A stretch of 24,000 nt of DNA, taken from the NCBI GenBank assembly GCA_031274985.1, contig JAISPK010000016.1, positions 222 through 24,221 of the forward strand. The letters run 5' to 3'. The position numbers were made by a program, and so were the translations under genes. Position 1 is the first letter of the stretch; each line of letters opens with the position of its first letter. The notes beneath the pieces are model-generated. The model ran no database searches. It was not told the origin of the DNA and worked only from the letters and a program-made list of their open reading frames with translations. The DNA is from Coriobacteriales bacterium. GTDB lineage: Bacteria > Actinomycetota > Coriobacteriia > Coriobacteriales > UBA8131. Positions 22,226 through 24,000 of the stretch are shown here, one piece after another.

Positions 22226-23510
22226 CCGTGACCACCTTACTTAGATTCCTTGATCCCAGGTTCAGGATTATTCTCGTTCCCACATTGACCTTAGATTGTA
22301 CCTCAAGCCCCGCGTTAATGCCAAAGAAGCCCACTAAACGCTCCGCAACATTCTTGAGTGCTACGCCGGCGTGCTCGCTATTATCTTTGTTGAGGGCCAG
22401 TTTTTGCATGGCTTCAGGCATGCCGACGCCGTTGTCCTCCACAATGATGACCACCTGCCCGTTTACGATACTTCCCCTGATGTTGATGCGCAGAGGCTCG
22501 TGCCCGCGCCGTCCGTGCGCCACGGCGTTTTCTACCAGCGGCTGGATGATAAAGGCCGGTGCCTCGATGGCCAGCAGTTCCTCGTCCACATCTACCTTGC
22601 AGATGATTGAATCGGCGCCAAAACGGGCCTTCTCAAACCCCAGATAGCGCAGCGTCTGGGTTATTTCCCAGTCGAGCGTGGCTTCTTCCATCGAGCCCTC
22701 GAGGGTCTGGCGATAAAACGTGGCAAACTCCCTGAGGAGAATGCGGGCATGGCTGGGATCGGTGCGAATCAGCGCGGCTATCGTATTGATGGTGTTATAG
22801 AGAAAATGCGGGTTTATCTGAGCCTGCAGCGCCTTGAGGTTCATCTTTGCAGCCAGGTCTCGCTGGTATTCCAACTCAGCCAAGCGCAACTGCATATCCA
22901 GCAGGCCTCCGAGCCCCTCGGCCATGGCAAGCTGATTGGCATCGATTTGCTGGGGCGACCGATAGTAAAACTTAAGAACACCCACCGGGCCGTCATGTTG
23001 CATAAGCGGTACACAGATTGCCGCGTGCATGGTCTCAAGCGTATGAGCCGGGCCTATTTCTTCGTATGAGCGAGCAATCTGAACCTTGCCCTCCTCAAGG
23101 GCCCGATAGGTGGCGGCAGTGCGGATGGGTGAGCCAATGAGGTGCGAGCTCATCTCGCGTCCAAAGTAGCCGAGGATCTTCTCCCGGTCGGTAATGGACA
23201 CCGCGCTGGCGTCGGTAGCGGGAATAAGCAGCTTGCAGACTTCCTGAGCACTCTCTTCGTTCAGGCCCTTTTGCATATGGGGCAGGGTCTGCGCCGCCAG
23301 CTTGAGTGTGCGCTCGCTTTGACGGGCGCGGAGACGATCGGGGCTGATGTTTACTTTGATCAAAAGCAGGAGCAGGCAGAACACAGCCAGAACACACAGG
23401 GCTGCAATGATGAAGTCAAGGCTGGAAAGCAGCGCAAAAACGGTGACTACCAGCAACATTGCAGTGACACCGATAATGAGCACTTCTACCAGCGAAAGAG
23501 TTCTTTTCAT
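22203..23510 (-). CDS. LytS/YehU-type sensor histidine kinase (2 TM, GAF-like, His_kinase, HATPase_c)
   Basis: It contains LKALQAQINPHFLYNTINTI, the PF06580-type H-box. The N-box is QPLVENAVAHG and the G-box is VEDNGVGM. A GAF-like segment reads ICVPLMQHDGPVGVLKFYY. It overlaps the regulator gene by 23 nt. Confidence 0.85.
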   Translation of the reverse strand: MKRTLSLVEVLIIGVTAMLLVVTVFALLSSLDFIIAALCVLAVFCLLLLLIKVNISPDRLRARQSERTLKLAAQTLPHMQKGLNEESAQEVCKLLIPATDASAVSITDREKILGYFGREMSSHLIGSPIRTAATYRALEEGKVQIARSYEEIGPAHTLETMHAAICVPLMQHDGPVGVLKFYYRSPQQIDANQLAMAEGLGGLLDMQLRLAELEYQRDLAAKMNLKALQAQINPHFLYNTINTIAALIRTDPSHARILLREFATFYRQTLEGSMEEATLDWEITQTLRYLGFEKARFGADSIICKVDVDEELLAIEAPAFIIQPLVENAVAHGRRGHEPLRINIRGSIVNGQVVIIVEDNGVGMPEAMQKLALNKDNSEHAGVALKNVAERLVGFFGINAGLEVQSKVNVGTRIILNLGSRNLSKVVTDDQSDNS

Positions 23511-23592
23511 TCCTTCATTCTATCATGTTCACCTTGAGGGTTAACCACTGCTCGCTTATTACCTGCGCCTCGCTTCTGATAAACTGTTGTGC

Positions 23593-24000
23593 ATGCGAAC
23601 CACGAACATTGCCCAGGCCGGAGTTATCGCTGCTCTCTATGCGGCGCTGACCCTTTTGACCCTTACGTTCTTAGGCGGCCTTGCCTTTGGCCCCGTGCAA
23701 TTGAGAATCTCTGAAGCGGTCTGCATTCTGGCTCTGTTCACCCGCAACGCTATTCCGGGACTGACCATCGGCTGCATACTGGCAAACCTCATTGGCATCG
23801 CGCTCACCGGAAGCGGCGCGCTGGGGCTGTTGGACGTTGTGGGCGGTTCGGCCGCTACCTTTCTGGGAGCCTGGTGGTGCTGGCGCATGCGCGCCCGCGT
23901 TGGCCTGGCCCTGCTGGGCCCCGTCGTGGCAAACGCTCTGATTATCGCGGCCTATCTGCCGCTGCTCCTGGCAGCAATCGGTCTGTACACCATCCCCTTT
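23593..24000 (+). CDS. queT: Queuosine-precursor transporter QueT (ECF S-component-like), N-terminal 136 codons, runs off the right edge
   Basis: My translation from the ATG at 23593 gives MRTTNIAQAGVIAALYAALT...GPVQLRISEAVCILALFTRNAIPGLTIGCILANL...LDVVGGSAATFLGAWW. This matches my recollection of QueT (COG4708) conservation. Confidence 0.7.
   Translation, partial: MRTTNIAQAGVIAALYAALTLLTLTFLGGLAFGPVQLRISEAVCILALFTRNAIPGLTIGCILANLIGIALTGSGALGLLDVVGGSAATFLGAWWCWRMRARVGLALLGPVVANALIIAAYLPLLLAAIGLYTIPF

Noticed and set aside
23511-23592. Possible preQ1 riboswitch upstream of queT
   Set aside because: queT genes are often preceded by preQ1-I, -II or -III riboswitches. This 82-nt spacer shows no short P1 hairpin followed by the A-rich ...AAAAAACUAA-type tail, and nothing else resembling the consensus sequences I remember. 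An Infernal/Rfam scan would settle it.

Overview
This 24-kb chromosomal window looks like it comes from a moderately high-GC, monoderm (Gram-positive-type) bacterium. The taxon cannot be proven from the sequence alone. The centre is a nitrous-oxide reductase (nos) cluster on the minus strand, with nine co-directional, tightly packed genes running from 13909 down to 5457. In order these are a lipoprotein cytochrome c, NosZ, a NosB-like membrane protein, NosD, NosL, NosY, NosF, an unknown 167-aa cytoplasmic protein and a DUF3810-like HExxH membrane protein. Transcribed divergently from the cluster is a two-component system whose kinase has an extracytoplasmic CxxCH (c-type haem, DUF3365/Tll0287-like) sensor domain. 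The shared intergenic region carries phased TTTAC/GTAAAC repeats. The left flank holds a hipBA toxin-antitoxin pair (hipA truncated by the window edge), an MBL-fold hydrolase, and an OmpR/HK pair translationally coupled to an unknown membrane-anchored protein. The right flank holds a MORN-repeat membrane protein, tRNA-Pro(CGG), an MsbA-type ABC exporter, a secreted coiled-coil putative peptidoglycan hydrolase, a LytS-like/LytTR two-component system and the start of queT. I saw no transposase, integrase, CRISPR array or rRNA. The most interesting material is the nos cluster. It has a non-canonical gene order, lacks nosR/nosX and nosGH-type electron modules, has tethers on all its exported parts, and includes two extra genes. 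Its candidate haem-based sensor/regulator and operator motifs are also notable. All functional calls rest on motif recognition by eye, since no database search was possible.
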